From: Lytechinus pictus
Lineage: Eukaryota
Assembly: GCF_037042905.1 (NCBI RefSeq)
Contig: NC_087245.1
Span: forward strand, 6,760,001 to 6,824,000
DNA length: 64,000 bases
Direction of reading: 5' to 3'
Below, in pieces: positions 37,672 through 53,100 of the stretch (position 1 is the stretch's first letter; each line of letters starts with the position of its first letter). The notes beneath the pieces were generated by a model. That model was not told the DNA's origin, did no database searches, and saw only the letters and a list, made by a program, of their open reading frames with translations. Position numbers and translations under genes: made by a program.

Positions 37672-40600
37672 AAGTAACCGGCTTCTGGTATTTCAAGTCA
37701 CAATGAAACGAAAAAGAGGAAAAATGTGGAAAAAATGAAGAAAAAGAACTGAAGACACATAAACTATTAAACTGAGATGACACAATCGTGCGCCTAATCA
37801 ACTTAAAATAATTCTAAAAATGTAAAAATCAAATATTTTAACTGTAAAAAAAAGGATTTTTTTTTAATCTTGGTATCATGGCGCCACGTGCCACTTCTCA
37901 TTGTCCAATAGCTATTCAGTTGATTAGAGGATATATGGCAATAATAAATAAATTGCAACAATTCTAGCGTTTTTATGTTTTGAATAACATCAGATAAAAA
38001 AAAATCAAGGTTGAATGTATTCATTACTCAGTTGCTTACCCATCGTACTCACTCAACTTCAATTACTACTTAATGGTTCACATCAATGCATTTACATTAT
38101 GAAAGTAAAACTACATACTTGCATGTCATTATCTAACATCTAACATCTATGTAAAAATCACTGATGTGACGCGTAAAGAAACACTCCGTTATCTCTATTC
38201 GTAAGGAGATGTCTCCTTGGTTTTACACGGTATAATTAAATATCCTATTTCATTCCTGAATATTATAACTCTGTATAAGCGAATGAATAGATAAGAGAAA
38301 GGGCAACATTGTAACTTTCCGCGCAAAGCGCAAAGCGCAAAAGCAAAATTGATATTTGATCTTATTTAAGAAAGAAAATGTTACGTTTAATTTTTATTTT
38401 CGAAAAGAAAAAATAGAAGAAAAGAAGGTCATGAAGCTGCCTGAAGTTACTTTCCTTTGCTTGCATTACTTCTATTAACCTATTAATAAACAGAATACCT
38501 ATTTGCAGATCGGAGAAGTAAAAATTGGAAGTATGAGTGGAACGAATTTAGGAAAAAATATATACGAAAATAAATTTGAGCAAGCTCTCCATATAGCATT
38601 ATATTTTGCGGGTTTTATCATCTCGGTACATGTATTTATTGAATTGATTTATCAATTATTTATTAACGCATTCTTGATAAAACACAGGGTAGTATCATTC
38701 AAGTCAAAGATCTGTTAGCCACTATTATCCCCATTATACAATCGCAATTCATACACAATTAGATAGACACGTAGATATACAGTATAAACAGCGCATATTG
38801 ATATATAAAACACAATCAGTAGAACAATCAAATAAAAGGTGTATCAATAATGGGGAGGGGGTAGGTAAGTGTGAGATTTGTCGAAAAATTATAATAATAA
38901 CAATATAGCGCATATCATAATAACGTCCCTCTATGCGCTTCCAAAGGACTTGAATGTTATTACACTGACTTTAGCCCAGCAGCCTTTTACATAATTATGT
39001 TGTTTTCTTAACGAGAGGGTATGGTTTATAACCTGTTTTGATTTTTACCCATTGCTTTTGACGGTTCCCCCTCTTATGGTGTATAAACTTACTTCATCTG
39101 GGGCTTCTTTTATGCTTATCAACACTTGGTCCAAATCACTTAAGAGGACTTTTTTAAAATCATTATCTCTGTATTCTAATCATTTTGAACCTTGAAATAT
39201 TTGTCAGTTTATCTGAGCAGTGTATTGCCCTTTACCTCTGATTGCATTGTTTTGCTTGTGGGTGTGTAAGTTTGTGTGGGTGTGCGTGTGTTGGGATGAG
39301 GGTGAAGGTACAGGTGTGTGTGGGGGGTCGACAAACTTTATGTCCAAAGGGGGGGGGGGGCATTTGATTCAATTAGAATTTCAGATAAAACTGACAATAC
39401 TCATTATTCATTCTATATATTACTTTTGGGTTTTGTGGGTAGATTGTACAGTGGGACGTATGATTTAAGAAGGGGTACGGAAATATCAGCTCACAGAAAT
39501 AGCACTTATTTTGCCAATAGACATGATCAATTCACCTCAAGAAATAACGTGGAAAAAAGAAGCGAAATGCAGAAAATATCTTGAAATCAATAAACAATAC
39601 AGGCCTATTCGGCAAAACGGAAAACAAACAGATACGGTAAATTTACAAAATAATAAAACATAACAAGATTGAGCATAAAATAAATAAAAAAATCCTATTT
39701 CTAGATTTTAATTTAAGATGTATCACTTAAAAGGACCAAAAGCTATTTATTTTTAGACGTTAGATAAATATACTTGATAAAAACGACTTCTAACATGCGA
39801 TCAGCTTACAATATCGTTCTCTAAAACAGCATTGTATTTTGAACTTCTTGATGATATTTAAAGTTATATTGAGCGTTGTATTATCTGCTTATCACTAATG
39901 ACAATTAGTAATGATTAATTAGATTCCACATTATGCTAACGCAAGGTTATGCAACTATCGAGTATTTGTTCTAGATTTACACCTGGTTAAGGACAATCAT
40001 AGCGCAACTTGATTATAAATCTGTTTACCCCCATCGAGAGCGAAAAATAACAAAACAAAATCAAAATATAGAAATACCCAAGAATGTCACCAGCACAGAC
40101 GTGAACTAACGTAGGAAGACGACCTTGTTAAGCCTATCATAAGTTAGAAACTTGTTTGTCTTTATAAAAGATCACTGGACCCCTGTCTAACCTCATGAAA
40201 TCAAGATAAAAACGTTACTTTGCCTATTTCAATCAAGCGAATACAGACTTAAATGGGGTTTCTTTAATGTTTGCATCCGTTGGTATCATTTTTTTTCTAA
40301 AAAAAAAAACACAACTGACAATAAAATATTTTTATTCAATAAGTCATGACACTTATGGGTTCTCTAAGTTTTCTAGGGACAACTTTCCTGGAGGGTAGAT
40401 CCTCGAAAACACCCCACTCCCTCACGACAGTTAGCATGATCTTTCCAATTTTATCATTATTTTTCATCTGCATTTTTTTTATTGGTAAAAAAAAGAAAGA
40501 TTTGATCCAGTATTATAAATCTCAACGATTGATTGCGGAGCTGATTTTAATGATTAATTATGCACAGTTATCACCTACTTGCAATCAACAGTAGAAACCA

Positions 40601-43600
40601 GCCCAATGACCAATCGTTACGGTCTTTGGTATGAGGTATTTTAGTGCCCCCCCCCCTCCTCTAGGACAACTCCCCGGGAGAACAAATCTTCCCTGACAAC
40701 CCCCCCCCCCCATTTAGCTTTCGCAGAAAACATGGAAAAGAACAGCGGTGATTTTGTAAGTTCTAGTGACACCAAAGTCGTTAGCTGTCTGGTTTGTTCA
40801 CGTCTGAGGCACAACAAAAAGATAATATGCTCTGCAATTCTAAAATTTTCTTTGGCCAAGTACTGCACAAAATCGAAAGATAAATATGGATTTTCTGTTC
40901 AGTTATGATCCAGCAGGAAATTCTGTGTTTGTTTTGTTTTGTCTTCATTTAGCTCTTGGGGTGCGTCTGTTTGCTGTAATACATGAAAGGCAAGCTCATG
41001 ATGCTTCTTTTCTTTAGATAGAATGGCTAGGATCATAATTGGTTAACCTTTTGTGGATTAATGGCGTCTGATTTAGGAACTGATTTTTATTAATTGTCAA
41101 AGAGAACGTGGATGCAATATCACTTATGACTTTACAACTTTCTTGAAGCTGACATAACTTGAAATGTAGATAAAATTATGATAGTTATAATGATAGTCAA
41201 ATATTGATGGGATTGCGTATCTTAATTTCAAATCTTCCTTATTGAATTCTGAATTGAGCAAACAATCAGTAAGAAATTCAATCACGATTCTGTTTTTTTA
41301 ATACTTAAAAATCAAGAACTTGATAATGCATTTCAATGAGCATTTGCAAACATACTCTATATAACTGTATCATTATTTCATTTATTAATCAAGGCTGACT
41401 CTTTTATTTCCATTTTGAAAAAAATTCTAATTTTTCGAAAGATTTTGACATAATATTCAGAGAACAGTGTTATATTTTACCATTTCCCTTACATTTTCTT
41501 TCTTTTTTTCTTGGACATGAAACTATTGGGGTTCCATGGTCCCCTAGTCCCCCAACAGTATGTCAGTGTCCACTTGGCCTACTAACACATGGTCTATAAT
41601 TCTTAGATTGTCGAACACTATCATGGCGTAAACCCATTTGGTCTTAAATCTGAACTAGTCCTGTTTTCATTTGGTCCCGTCATCACTTTCTTGGTCTTAT
41701 TGTCACTTGAGCCAACTTCCACTCGGTCTTAACGGTTTAGTTTTCACTCTGTCTGCATACTTACTTCATAGTCAATATTATTAATGTGAATATGCCATTC
41801 ATACACAAGTGTGCCCTTCCCCTTGAAAGTCACAAGAAATATTTTGAATGGGAATATGTCGCTCATAAACAAGTGAGGACTTTCTTTTCTTTTCTTTTGA
41901 TTCTCAAATTTTACGTGAACAAAATGACCTTCATTTTCAAGTGAAAACTTCTTCTTTTTTTTGCTTGTCAAATTTCGTGGGAAAATGTGCCACCCCCTTG
42001 AAAATCCTGGACCCGCCCCTGATACAAATTTGTTCCAAATGTAAGGAGTGAAAAAGAGGGTAAAATGTGAGGGGGAGAAAGAAGGACAGAAATAGCAGAG
42101 TTTTGGGTCCTTTAAATTTCCCTATCAATTGAGAAAACGATAGACTTCACTTTCGGGTCGTTGTGACCCTCCCATTGAAATAACCTACCGTATAAAACAC
42201 CGAAGCCGGTGACACATAATGCAGTAATGCAACAATCCTCACCAACTATCAAGGCTACGGAGCATTACTTCCCATCCAAGGTTGTTACACACATCTATCC
42301 TTGATGTAAAGTAATTATTTAAAATTGATGTGTCATTCGCACTTACAACATTTATCATTAAATATTTTAGTTTTCGTCATATTACATTCACCATACTATG
42401 TCCATGCATGAGGCAATAAGGTAGTAATAAATAAAATTTACTTGCGGTATCTTTATCCATTTTGATAATGATATAGATGCATGTTTTTGTAAGATACCGC
42501 AATCAAAACAAGACAATAAATAAAATATCTTGGAGACCCTGGTACACCCAGTCAGGTAGCCCGGATAGTCAAATTTGATGGGTATGACTAACATGCATGC
42601 CTTCTCGCCCACACCTGATTGGGTAAATAAGGATCTTTACACGATATTGGGTAAAAGTGCTCCATGAGGGTGATTATGTGTCCAACCAACATTGGGCATT
42701 TATTTTGGGCATTTTTATTTCTCCAGTGTGATGACAATTTTGCCCATTCTAAGGTAACTGCTGCTTATTTTGTAACCTTACTGGACAATAATGCTTCCCG
42801 CATTGTGTAAAATACTGCCCAAAATTGGTTTGACACATAATTACATAATTGCATTGTACACACAGTAAAATTACAAAATGAAATAGCATTACTGTAAAAA
42901 TAATAATAATGCATAAATAGATAAGAATCAGCCCCTCATTACAGCATTGATTAGTATGCATGGTGTCTTTACCTTCTTCGACAAGACAACAACGAATAAA
43001 ACAAACTTAATGAATGAATATAGGTGTGTTTAGGGGGCTAGCCATGCTTGATAAATAAAATTATATAGCACACAATGATAATGAATCATCATTACTATTT
43101 TTCCGTGTTTGATAAGTGACTCTGATCGATGGAGGGGGGGGGGGCATTTAACTGTTGTGTATGATTTTATTTTTTTGCTCTTAGGGTATAACAAATGCAT
43201 ATCGCTGACTCCCCCTCTCTTCTTTCTATCTCATGTTATCATAATTATACTCACTAATTACACACTCATGCACCTCTTTTCATCAATCATTCTGGTGTAA
43301 GCATGATTATATATTTTCTCAAATTACTCCCAATCTATTTAATCCCTTCCCTCAACCATCGAGGCTGCACCAACACGAATATATATCTGCCATTCATTTT
43401 CGCGTTATTCAAATATTTGTTCATGCTCTATCAACGAAGTGTTCACCGACACCTCCCCTCCCCTCATCGATCCTAACATAGGTTTCATGGTTAATTTATT
43501 CCCATCTCCGTTACTCTTTGAAATTGATTGTAAAATAGCTAAATTGAACGTAGATATGAAGCGGGCTCATCACACGGATTGACATTAAGATCCGTTACTG

Positions 43601-45512
43601 TTTCAATTTCATGGCATTCATCCTACAGCAAACTTCATTACGACGACCAGACAATGGGTTTTATTGTTTAAATCAATATTTTGCTATCGTACTTTAATAC
43701 AAACATAATTCAACCAGCAATACTATAATTTTAGCAACCTGGTCAGACGCGACTATATACGGCGGCTACAGACATTATAGAGGTGCGACGTGATATATTA
43801 CACACGCCAAGATTTATATGTTTGTTTCCACGTACAAGAGAAAGTAAATACACCTTTTAGATGACATCTTTAAAGTACACAAAATGACAACTATGATGGT
43901 TATCGTTCGCATTTTCCAGTGCAGCAGTATTTTTCTAATGCAAATGCCCTTGTCCGAAATGATCATTCAGTATTTTGCTATATTTAAACTGGATGCTGAA
44001 TAATTTAGAAGTGTCTAAAGCTTTAAGATTAATTTGCTTCCAATGAATGTGTGCATGGGATAGGTATTATCCCAATTGGATGGCAAGTCTCACATTGCTT
44101 TCTCTTTCTACCCATCCCTGTTTTTTCCTGTCTAACTCTCACCTATATCTACACAATATCCCCTGCTTACTTGTTTTGTTTTCTCTGTCACCCCCATAAA
44201 AAAATGCACCATAAATCTTGTTGTAGTATTCGTAGTCATATCTGTTTATAATCATCTTCTATTTGGTTTGGTTTTTCTCCGAATTAAGAAAAACAAAACC
44301 TCCAAATTGCACAATGACAATGGAATAATGACATAATCAAATAAAAAACCTCACTCTCTTTCTCTGGATGTCAAAACACCTGATCTTGTGATTCTGCATA
44401 AATTTCACGCTCCCCCCTTCCCTCACATAATGTATGAATCACAAGGCATTATTGTGAACTCCCTGGATGTGAAAATGAGGTTGTTATGATGGGAAGTGAT
44501 GTAACCAGGGAACACCTGCCCTCCTATACACACACTGATCGATTGACCATGAGCTTGATATACCGTCGAGATATACATGTCTGTATTATTATCATTCGTC
44601 TGTCACAGTAACTTTTTCCTTTATAAGTCATGATGCAAATAGTACACATTCCACACATTTCCCTCCGTCTTGCCTACATTGTTGTTATGTTAACTCCGTA
44701 CATAAAAAAATCTACCCCATCCACAAAATAGAGAAATAGAGCTGGAAAAGTAAATTCAACTGACATGACTGAGTTTGATGTAGTTTACATAATTCATATG
44801 AAAATATTACTATACATATTTCATTGCTCCATTTTATTCTGAACTGAAGTTTATATGAAGCCAACAAAAATAAATCACCTCTTTAAACATGTTGAATGAT
44901 AATGAAACATAATTTTGATAGTCTTGAACAATCTCATCAAAGTGAATGCTTTCGAATAGTCCATTTGAAACGACATTCGTTCTTTTCAGTCGAGACCTGT
45001 GCGTAACGGTCTGTCATTTGCGCTGGGTATGTACACAGTCTGTAATACTTGATTATTTGCGAGCTTTAAAAAAAAAAATTAAAAAGTGTTTTCACTGAAT
45101 ATTCAAGGATATCATGAGTGTTAAACTGAGACAAAATTCAGTGAACACCATGTTGAAGCTGTAAATAATAGCTTTTCATTTGATCGCATATGATAGTGTT
45201 TTTCGACGGCTGAATGTGCTTATGCAGTATATTCATTTTTAAAATTATAAATATTAACTATAATATATTATGTAATGAGATGATGCAATACTGAATTGAA
45301 CTTAAACCATTAATGTTAAACCCGTTTGTAGAGTTCCATCTTTGCCCTGATTGCAGGGCAAATATGTTTCACAAGCTATAAAGTATAGTTATATTTTTTT
45401 GATGCATTTAAGCACATGTATTGGAAATAATTTGTCTTACGGAACAAATTTACAGCATGTTATGTGAAAATCTGAATATCAAACACTCATAAATGCTTTG
45501 TTTTGACAATGT

Positions 45513-46022
45513 TTAACCCTAAATATACTGGGCCCTTTCGAAGCCTAAAAAGACACCCCCCCCCCATGATCTCGGCCGTCGATCGCGACGAAAATTGGCA
45601 CGCGCGTTCACCCATAGGGCCCTGCATGGGAACGATTTTTTTGCTGGGGGTGCTTAAGTAAATTTGACAAGGCTTTCGCTACAAAATGAAGGAAGTTTTA
45701 ATCTTAAAAAAATTGACAATAAAAAAGAAAAAGAAAAGGTTATTACTGCAAAATGAAGGTCGTTTCGGTTCCAAGAAATTTGACAAGCAAAAAATAAGAA
45801 AAAAGGCTTTTGCTACAAAATGAAGGTAATTTTGGTCTAAAAAATGACAAGCAAAAAAAAAAGTTTCAACACTAAATCTTGGTCATTTTCCATGTATTTC
45901 TCAAATTTGATACACGTACCGGAATTACAGTGGGTGCTGCCTATAGAAAACAATATACGAAACACCCCCAGGGAAAATATTGGGGTGCTGAAGCACCCCT
46001 ATACTCCCGCTTCCCAGGGCTA
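45513..46022. mobile_element. TTAA-CCC (piggyBac-like) end with a nested G-rich MITE carrying internal ~60-bp tandem repeats
   Basis: TTAACCCTAAA at ~45513; repeated TTTGACAAG...GCTACAAAATGAAGG units at 45662-45870; related to 2988-3095 and 41930-42021. Confidence 0.5.
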
Positions 46023-46139
46023 TGTCCAAGGGCCCTGGGTTGAATGGCATTTTTAACAAATAAACCCTGCAACAATCTTATCGAATTATAATATATACTT
46101 TCTCAAGGGCTTGAGATAGATTTCCAGTGAACAATTATC

Positions 46140-46635
46140 AGGTTCTAGATAAAATAGCGAAAATTATCATCTTTTTTTAATTCGTAACACAAACTAATGA
46201 TGTCATATACCCCACTTGTTCTTTTGTATTTTATTACATGATATCATGTTTATTCAAAATTTGTCCTCCAAGAACTAAACAAAAAAATGGAATGGCAAGT
46301 GAGTTGATGAATATAGATTTTCATTGTTGCAGCATATTCTATGATAAGAGAGACATATGTTTACCCACAAGCATGAAAATATGAAATGATTATGATTTCA
46401 TGTTATATATCATAAGAAAAAGTAAAAAGGCGTTGTGACATCATCATCCCACCTAATGAATATTCATGACGACGTGCATATTTTTATATCTGTTTCCATA
46501 AAATATTGCTAAACTTTTAATTTAAATATCTTCCTTATTTGTTATCAGTTTTGATGAAATTTTCAGCACTTTGCTCAGTGAATTTTATTCTATTTATTTA
46601 GATATAATCGTTTTAAGCCCTGAGTACCCCTTTAA
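46140..46635. mobile_element. Dispersed repeat ending in TACCCCTTTAA (Kolobok-like TTAA end); related segments at ~36150-36630 and ~25560-25790
   Basis: TTAAAGGGGTAC terminus on the - strand; shared CATCATC..AATATTCAT internal motifs. Confidence 0.45.
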
Positions 46636-47642
46636 ATCAAAGCTATAGGTATAATGTCATATATTCTGTACTATTTAGTCTTAAAATATAAAACACAATT
46701 GGGATTATAGAGTTTACTGTGAATTGCGATGGTTATGTGAGATACCATCCTGAAAAGGGGAGTATTGGGCATGTTGGGAGTATTCTGCGATTCTACCATA
46801 TGATCTTTGTAACATATTATTGTGGTGCAAATGCATTAGAATCTTCCCAACAGAGTAAAATCATTGAATCTGGAAAAATAACCGTTTCTAAAAGTCAGTT
46901 CGTATATAACATGTCCTCTCAATTATATTGTTGATGGTGTATATACATTCATAATAAGAGGTCGCGGAGTGAGTTAAAATTCAAAATCTTTGACTGATGG
47001 TCATCATAACAGAAAACAACTCTGGGAGGTCTTCCAACCCCTTACCAATTGTTATGTTGAGATTATATTTTCTATTTATCAAATGTTGGTGAATCAATAA
47101 ACTATATTTAATGAAGAGATGAATAGTCTCACTTTATTGTAAATGTATCGCGTGTTCCATAGTGATGGACCCAGTGATAACAAAATACTTTTTTTCATAC
47201 AAACATTTTTCATACAAACATTGGGCAAATTGTTTTGACAGTAATTTTGGCAAGATCTACACGCTTAGGAATTATAATAACGCCAAGGCAGTCACACTCA
47301 GGCTGATGAAATGGACCACAGACTGACAAAATGTATTGTGTTATTTCCAATGATGTAAAATGTATAACCTCGGTTTGTTTGAAATCGGCTTCGTTTGTGT
47401 GACTGAAGGATATCTCACTTGGTTCATTTGTAAAAAGTGTCTTAACGAAAAAAAAAATATGGGGAAGCACTATTTTTAAAAGGGATAATTTGGGTAGTAT
47501 AATAATGCCGGGTTTAGATCTAGACCTATATAATTGCAGATTATGAGTTTTTTTTAAGGTAATCCTTGAGTGAAAAAGTAACATGGCGTGAAAAAAAAAT
47601 TAATACGCAATATTTGAGAAATACTGGTTGTTATTATCTTAC

Positions 47643-47719
47643 CTCAGTGAAATGAATTATATCCATTCGCAATTCAATGTTCCACCTGCTGTAGACCAGA
47701 ACTCGACACACCAAACTGA
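47643..47719 (-). promoter_or_regulatory. Candidate non-coding first exon/TSS of the first SLCO gene
   Basis: Initiator-like TCAGTT at 47719-47714 followed ~75 nt later by a strong donor GAG|GTAAGA at 47642. Confidence 0.3.
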
Positions 47720-48974
47720 CTCCATATCAACTTACACCTGTCATATCAACTTTGATGGTATAAAAGCTTGGTAGAAATCTAATCACGTTATGTACCGACG
47801 AGTACACACCAAAATATCATGGATAATGGGCTGAAAGCATTATTGTCATGTCCTGACATAGCCTTTCGACCATCATGTTATATTCCAAGCGGGGACAAAA
47901 TGATGGTGAATGATGTTATAATTATACTCAGGCGGACTCCAATTGACTGCCATGAGCCTGATGAGAGAAAACAGGCAGAGAGAAAAAGAAAGAGTCGCCG
48001 GTAACTCGTTAGTATGGACTTTAGCCTCAGATCAATACACAATAAAGTTGTTGGGGAAAAGTAATATTATACGAAATTATACGATACCAATCAGTGGCGG
48101 AAAAAGCCAACAATTTTAAGGGCTTGTCCTTGTGTGTGGGGCAAAATTTCTTAAGCATCGCTAGCGAGCGATTTTATTTTGTAAAGAAATCATAGTTTGA
48201 CAGATTTTGACATAATACGGAAAATTATAACATATTTCACCCTCTTCCCTTTACTTTGTTTGTTTTTCTTCTTCTACCATTTTCTCTTGTTTGTGGGCTT
48301 TTTGGGAGGTAAAGGGACCCAATGACCCAAGCCGCCATCTTTTATCTATACGCCAGTGATATCACCAATAAACAAAATCCACTTAACGCTTTCAATTATA
48401 AAAGGAAATGTTACACGCAAATAATTTAGAGGTCCCCTTCCCTAAATATTTTTCCTTCTCAAATTACATAAGGGACATACCACAAATAGCCAACAATAAA
48501 TAAATAAATGAAAAAAATAAAAACATAAATAGATAAATAAAAATGAAAAATAAAATCTTGTTGGCCGAAACCAATCTATGGAAATAAATAAAATACATCG
48601 CATTTGAGATTTCGGACTTTATAATGCTAAGTGTGCCTGAATGAAGGCAACCATCGCATGGAGTAGAGCAAATATTGAAACCATGGTATAGCCAGGCAAC
48701 GGAGGAAGAAAGAGAAACAGCAAACATGACGAATAAAGTGAGTTTCATTAACGATGTTTGAATACTGACTTCATTTTCAAGACATTGATCAGATTCTAGA
48801 TAGCATCTGAGTGTATATCTTCCTTTCACTGGATTGTAATTAATGGAAATGCATAACATACATAATGGGAGGGGAAGACCGGATCAAAGCAAACTTCCTA
48901 TCTTATTTTATTTTATTCATTTTTTTCTTATTAATCTATTTCATATGAACACTCGGTTCCCACTTTATCTGGAA

Positions 48975-49075
48975 ATAATCATGATAATAATAATGGTATC
49001 AATAATCATGATGATAATAATGGTATTAATAATAATAATGATAATAATGGTATTAATAATAATGATAATAATAAT
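48975..49075. repeat. (ATA/ATG)n microsatellite with higher-order ~27-30-bp period
   Basis: Repeated ATGATAATAATGGTATTAATAATA; a similar (ATA)n lies at 49938-49988. Confidence 0.85.
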
Positions 49076-49287
49076 ACCTATAAGTATCTGAACATATAAT
49101 CATAACTTGTCTTTTAAAAAAATTTCAGAAGTAATCGAAAATGTCATATTGCTGATATGATCGCATTCGTTTCCTTTGATTTTTTTTAAATAAAATAAAA
49201 GTATTATATAGACCGTATAGCCGAATCGCGCACCCAATTGACTGAAATATCTTTATTCTTGACTCAATTACTTGAGTACCCTTGTAA

Positions 49288-49556
49288 AGGCCTGGTTCCA
49301 CTGGCCGACGGACACAAAACGTATTCATAACAGCGAACGAGTAAAATTTCGGAGTGGCTCCACCCGTTTCAGACCAGACAATTGACAAAATAGGCGAACA
49401 GTGAAATCACAGTGGACGGATGCTCTATGGATACAGAGCGTATGAAACACGTATGCAAAGAGTATACAACGGATACATAACGTTTTCCAACGAATGGCAA
49501 GATTCTTTTCCGTTTTACATCCTCTCTGCATCCGTAAGTGCAGTGGGACCAAGCCT
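49288..49556. mobile_element. Harbinger-type MITE
   Basis: AGGCCTGGTTCCACTG ... CAGTGGGACCAAGCCT with TAA/TTA flanks. Confidence 0.65.
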
Positions 49557-50010
49557 TTAAATGACTTGTGGAATTCTTTGATAGGAAGGGATAGTTGTTT
49601 ATTCAATTTGTTGCTATGCAGCTCTTAAAGCTCATCTATCACTGTATTGCACTCATGGAACTTTACTCAAAGGAACCTATTAGAATATAGTCAATCACCT
49701 AACAATCCAGTGACCAATTAATCATTCAATGCATTCGTCAATCGTTTGTAATCGATACCAACTAGGCTATTAACTGAAAAATCATAACTGAATCAAATTA
49801 TTACTCAAATCATCATGATCATGTTCATGAATTATCCTACCCATTATCTAGGGTCTCGTTCCATGAGTGACGTACGAATAAACATAACTCAAGTTGCAAA
49901 AACTCCTACTTTAGAGACAAAATACATAAAAAGCTTAATGATAATAATTATAATAATAATAACAATAATAATAACAATAATAATAATACAGCTGGCAGAA
50001 AAGCTGAATT

Positions 50011-50163
50011 CTCACACCCCTTTTGCATAAAAGTTATTATTATGGTAACTTTGCCATCCAGTGATAAGTTGCAGAGAATCCTTAATTTGACTGGCTATCA
50101 AGTGTCGTTACCATGGTAATTACTTTTAGAAGGCAAAGTTTACTTTTATGCAAAGGGGCCCTG
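50011..50163. mobile_element. Short palindromic MITE
   Basis: CCCCTTTTGCATAAAAGT ... ACTTTTATGCAAAGGGG; GTTACCATGGTAA core. Confidence 0.65.
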
Positions 50164-53100
50164 AAATGAAAAAAAAAAGACAAAAAAGACAACTTCATGT
50201 CACATATATCTCAACACACAAAGACTACACGAATTCGGTCGTATATTTAAATACATCAATTTTAATGAACATATCAAAGTGCTTCGACACTAGAAATTGT
50301 TAACATAATTTGATTTCCATTGAGCTATGGATGACAGAAAACATATCAGTACAAAATATAAGTATTCAGAAAACCCCATGGTAGATATTTAAGAAGTATA
50401 TTACAAAAATACACATTCCATTTTTGTCACAAAGATACAGTTTTGGATCGGGAGGTCAAATTCGAGTTACTATCATATGTACTTTGCCCCATGACACTGT
50501 AATAATTGGACAAAAGAAAATAGGAAATATCAAAGTTGATAACTTGTTGTACCTTGTTGTACCATCTGATTGGACTTAATTATCACTACAAATTTGCAAT
50601 CACTTCAAATTAATTTGAAGAGAAATTTAAAGGCAAGACTCGCAGCATCAAAACTATGCCTGTCTCGTTGGCATCATTCATAATGAAACATTGAATTACA
50701 TACTTTAAAATATATTTTTAAAATATATCATAATTTCAAAATCTATCAAGTACAATGATGCAGGATTTAACATTATTGCTCCCGTTCAATTATGTGGAAT
50801 GTGGAAAATGATCTTCGTAATGTTATAAAATGAAACACAGTAACTCTTCTTTGAAATACGAACTTGTTGTCATGGTTGTTGCTTGAATGCATCCAAATGA
50901 GACAATTGCCTAGATAAAGTCAACGGCTTTTAATTAACAGGTAAGAATCCGTATTCAGGATTTTATGAGACAACATGATTCTCCCATTTCATTCAAGTTC
51001 CCAATGCATCAACTTCATATGTAAGCACTGTCTAGAATTTACTACTAAAACTCCAAATCAAAACAAACATTGATCATATTATTAGGGATATTAATTTACC
51101 AGGTATGAACGTAAATCGACCAGTCCCTGCCAATATTATTCATTCGGCGACATATCTAAAGCATTATAGCAAATAATGGTAGGTCTGTGTTTGCACTATG
51201 ACAGGCGCATTAAACTTCAGACTCGTTTGCTTTGGGATGAAGAATACAAATAGAGAAAGAGTTTGATCTTTACCCGGCTCAAAGTGAAATTAATTAGCTC
51301 AATGACAGCGATCACAGTCTATTGTGATGGTAAATACTTAGGCCTATATCATTACATTATGGTAAACTTATTAGACACAATACAGAAAGTTATTTCCAAT
51401 CAGCCCGGGAAGAGAGCAATGTCAATGGATTCATATAACGTAAGGATATTTTACAAACTGAATGTTATTATATTTAGCATTTACATACGACCCCACCCCA
51501 TCCTCCACATCTCCACCACCCTCAACATCTCCCATTGTAAAGAGAGTATACAGTTTTGTCCAGTGCAATCCTACTGCCCAAGTATATAGCAGAAATGAAT
51601 TTGATTCACCACCGCATTACTAATTGCAAATATGTTTGTGTTATTGGAATGTGACTGAGTGAGTTTGTTTGTTTGAAGGAGGGGGATCAGGAACCAAAAC
51701 GCAATTCCATTATTCCCTACAAAATGGATTTTGAAGCCATAGATTAGAATTGACTGTCAATTCCTTCAGCAAAAGAAAAAAAAACAAAAAACATTGCGCT
51801 GCAAACAATCAAGTGTGAGTAAAAATTTACTGACCAAAAACAGAAGAAAGAAAAAAAAAAGTTCCTTAGTCAGGCGACGAGACGCCATGGGTTAATAATT
51901 TGAAGGTTTGTAAAGCAATATTTGATTAATGTGCTTTACTTCCACATATTTCATGACAACTCATTTAAGACACCTGTCTGTTCATCATCAAGTTGGACAT
52001 TGGAATAGCAAATACAACTATTTTCCAGCTTTATGTTTACTTTCATTTTCTAAGACCGGATGACTTTAAATAAATTGAATTCCATTTATGGAAGGTTCCA
52101 AAGGTTTATAGCTCAAATTCAATATTGCAACTTAGAAGTGTAGACAAATACCATAAAATTGCACTGGTTTTGATTGCTACATATCAATACTGATATCATC
52201 ATACAGACCATTGGCAGGAATAACCAATCTATTTTTCATTAAAATTATTTTACGGGAGCTTAGTGATGAAAACATGTACATATCATGTAGGTACTACTAA
52301 GAAACAGAATTAAATGCTTTGCTGCAATGCACAGTGTAAGCTATGTTCGTATAGTTAACAAACAAATATTAAAATGTAATGTTCAAGCTATACTGATCGT
52401 GTAGCCATCATAACATTAATATCATACAGATACACATTGTAGTTTAAAAGAATAAAATATTGAACAATAACATTGACAAATATCACAATATTTACTGAAC
52501 AGTAGACATGTATTTGATTGATAAGAAAGTGACACATAAGGCAGTAGTGGATACTAGTAATGCATACTTATGACAAGCTGGTGATGTGCATGATAATGAC
52601 AAATTAAAAACAATATCAATAACAATTATGTGCGGAGGTACAATAATATGATTATATTAATTCTTTAGAATTCAGCAAAAAAAATCATCAATGACTCCTA
52701 AGCTCTGCAAATATTTCACATCCATATTCCTAAGGCAAAAAATAGCAAAATTAACAGAATATTGTTCATCACAACAAAATACAAAATGGCAAATAATTGT
52801 TAGTTTAAAACTAACAATTAACAAATAAACCGACCTTTTTTTTGGTTCAAACAAAAAAATAACAAATATTTTACAAAGACTGCATATAATGGCATAAGCA
52901 CCATTTGGTATTTATATATAAATATATTTAGACTGCATATAAACATATAAAACGGCAAAACAACAAAAGTACAATAGTTGCTATCTTGTGACTCCGAGGA
53001 ACAGAGACCATGGTTTACAAAAAAAATCATACCAGTATAATATACATATACCTCAATAGAACATATTTAGTTGTTATATTGAATAAATATTAATATACAG

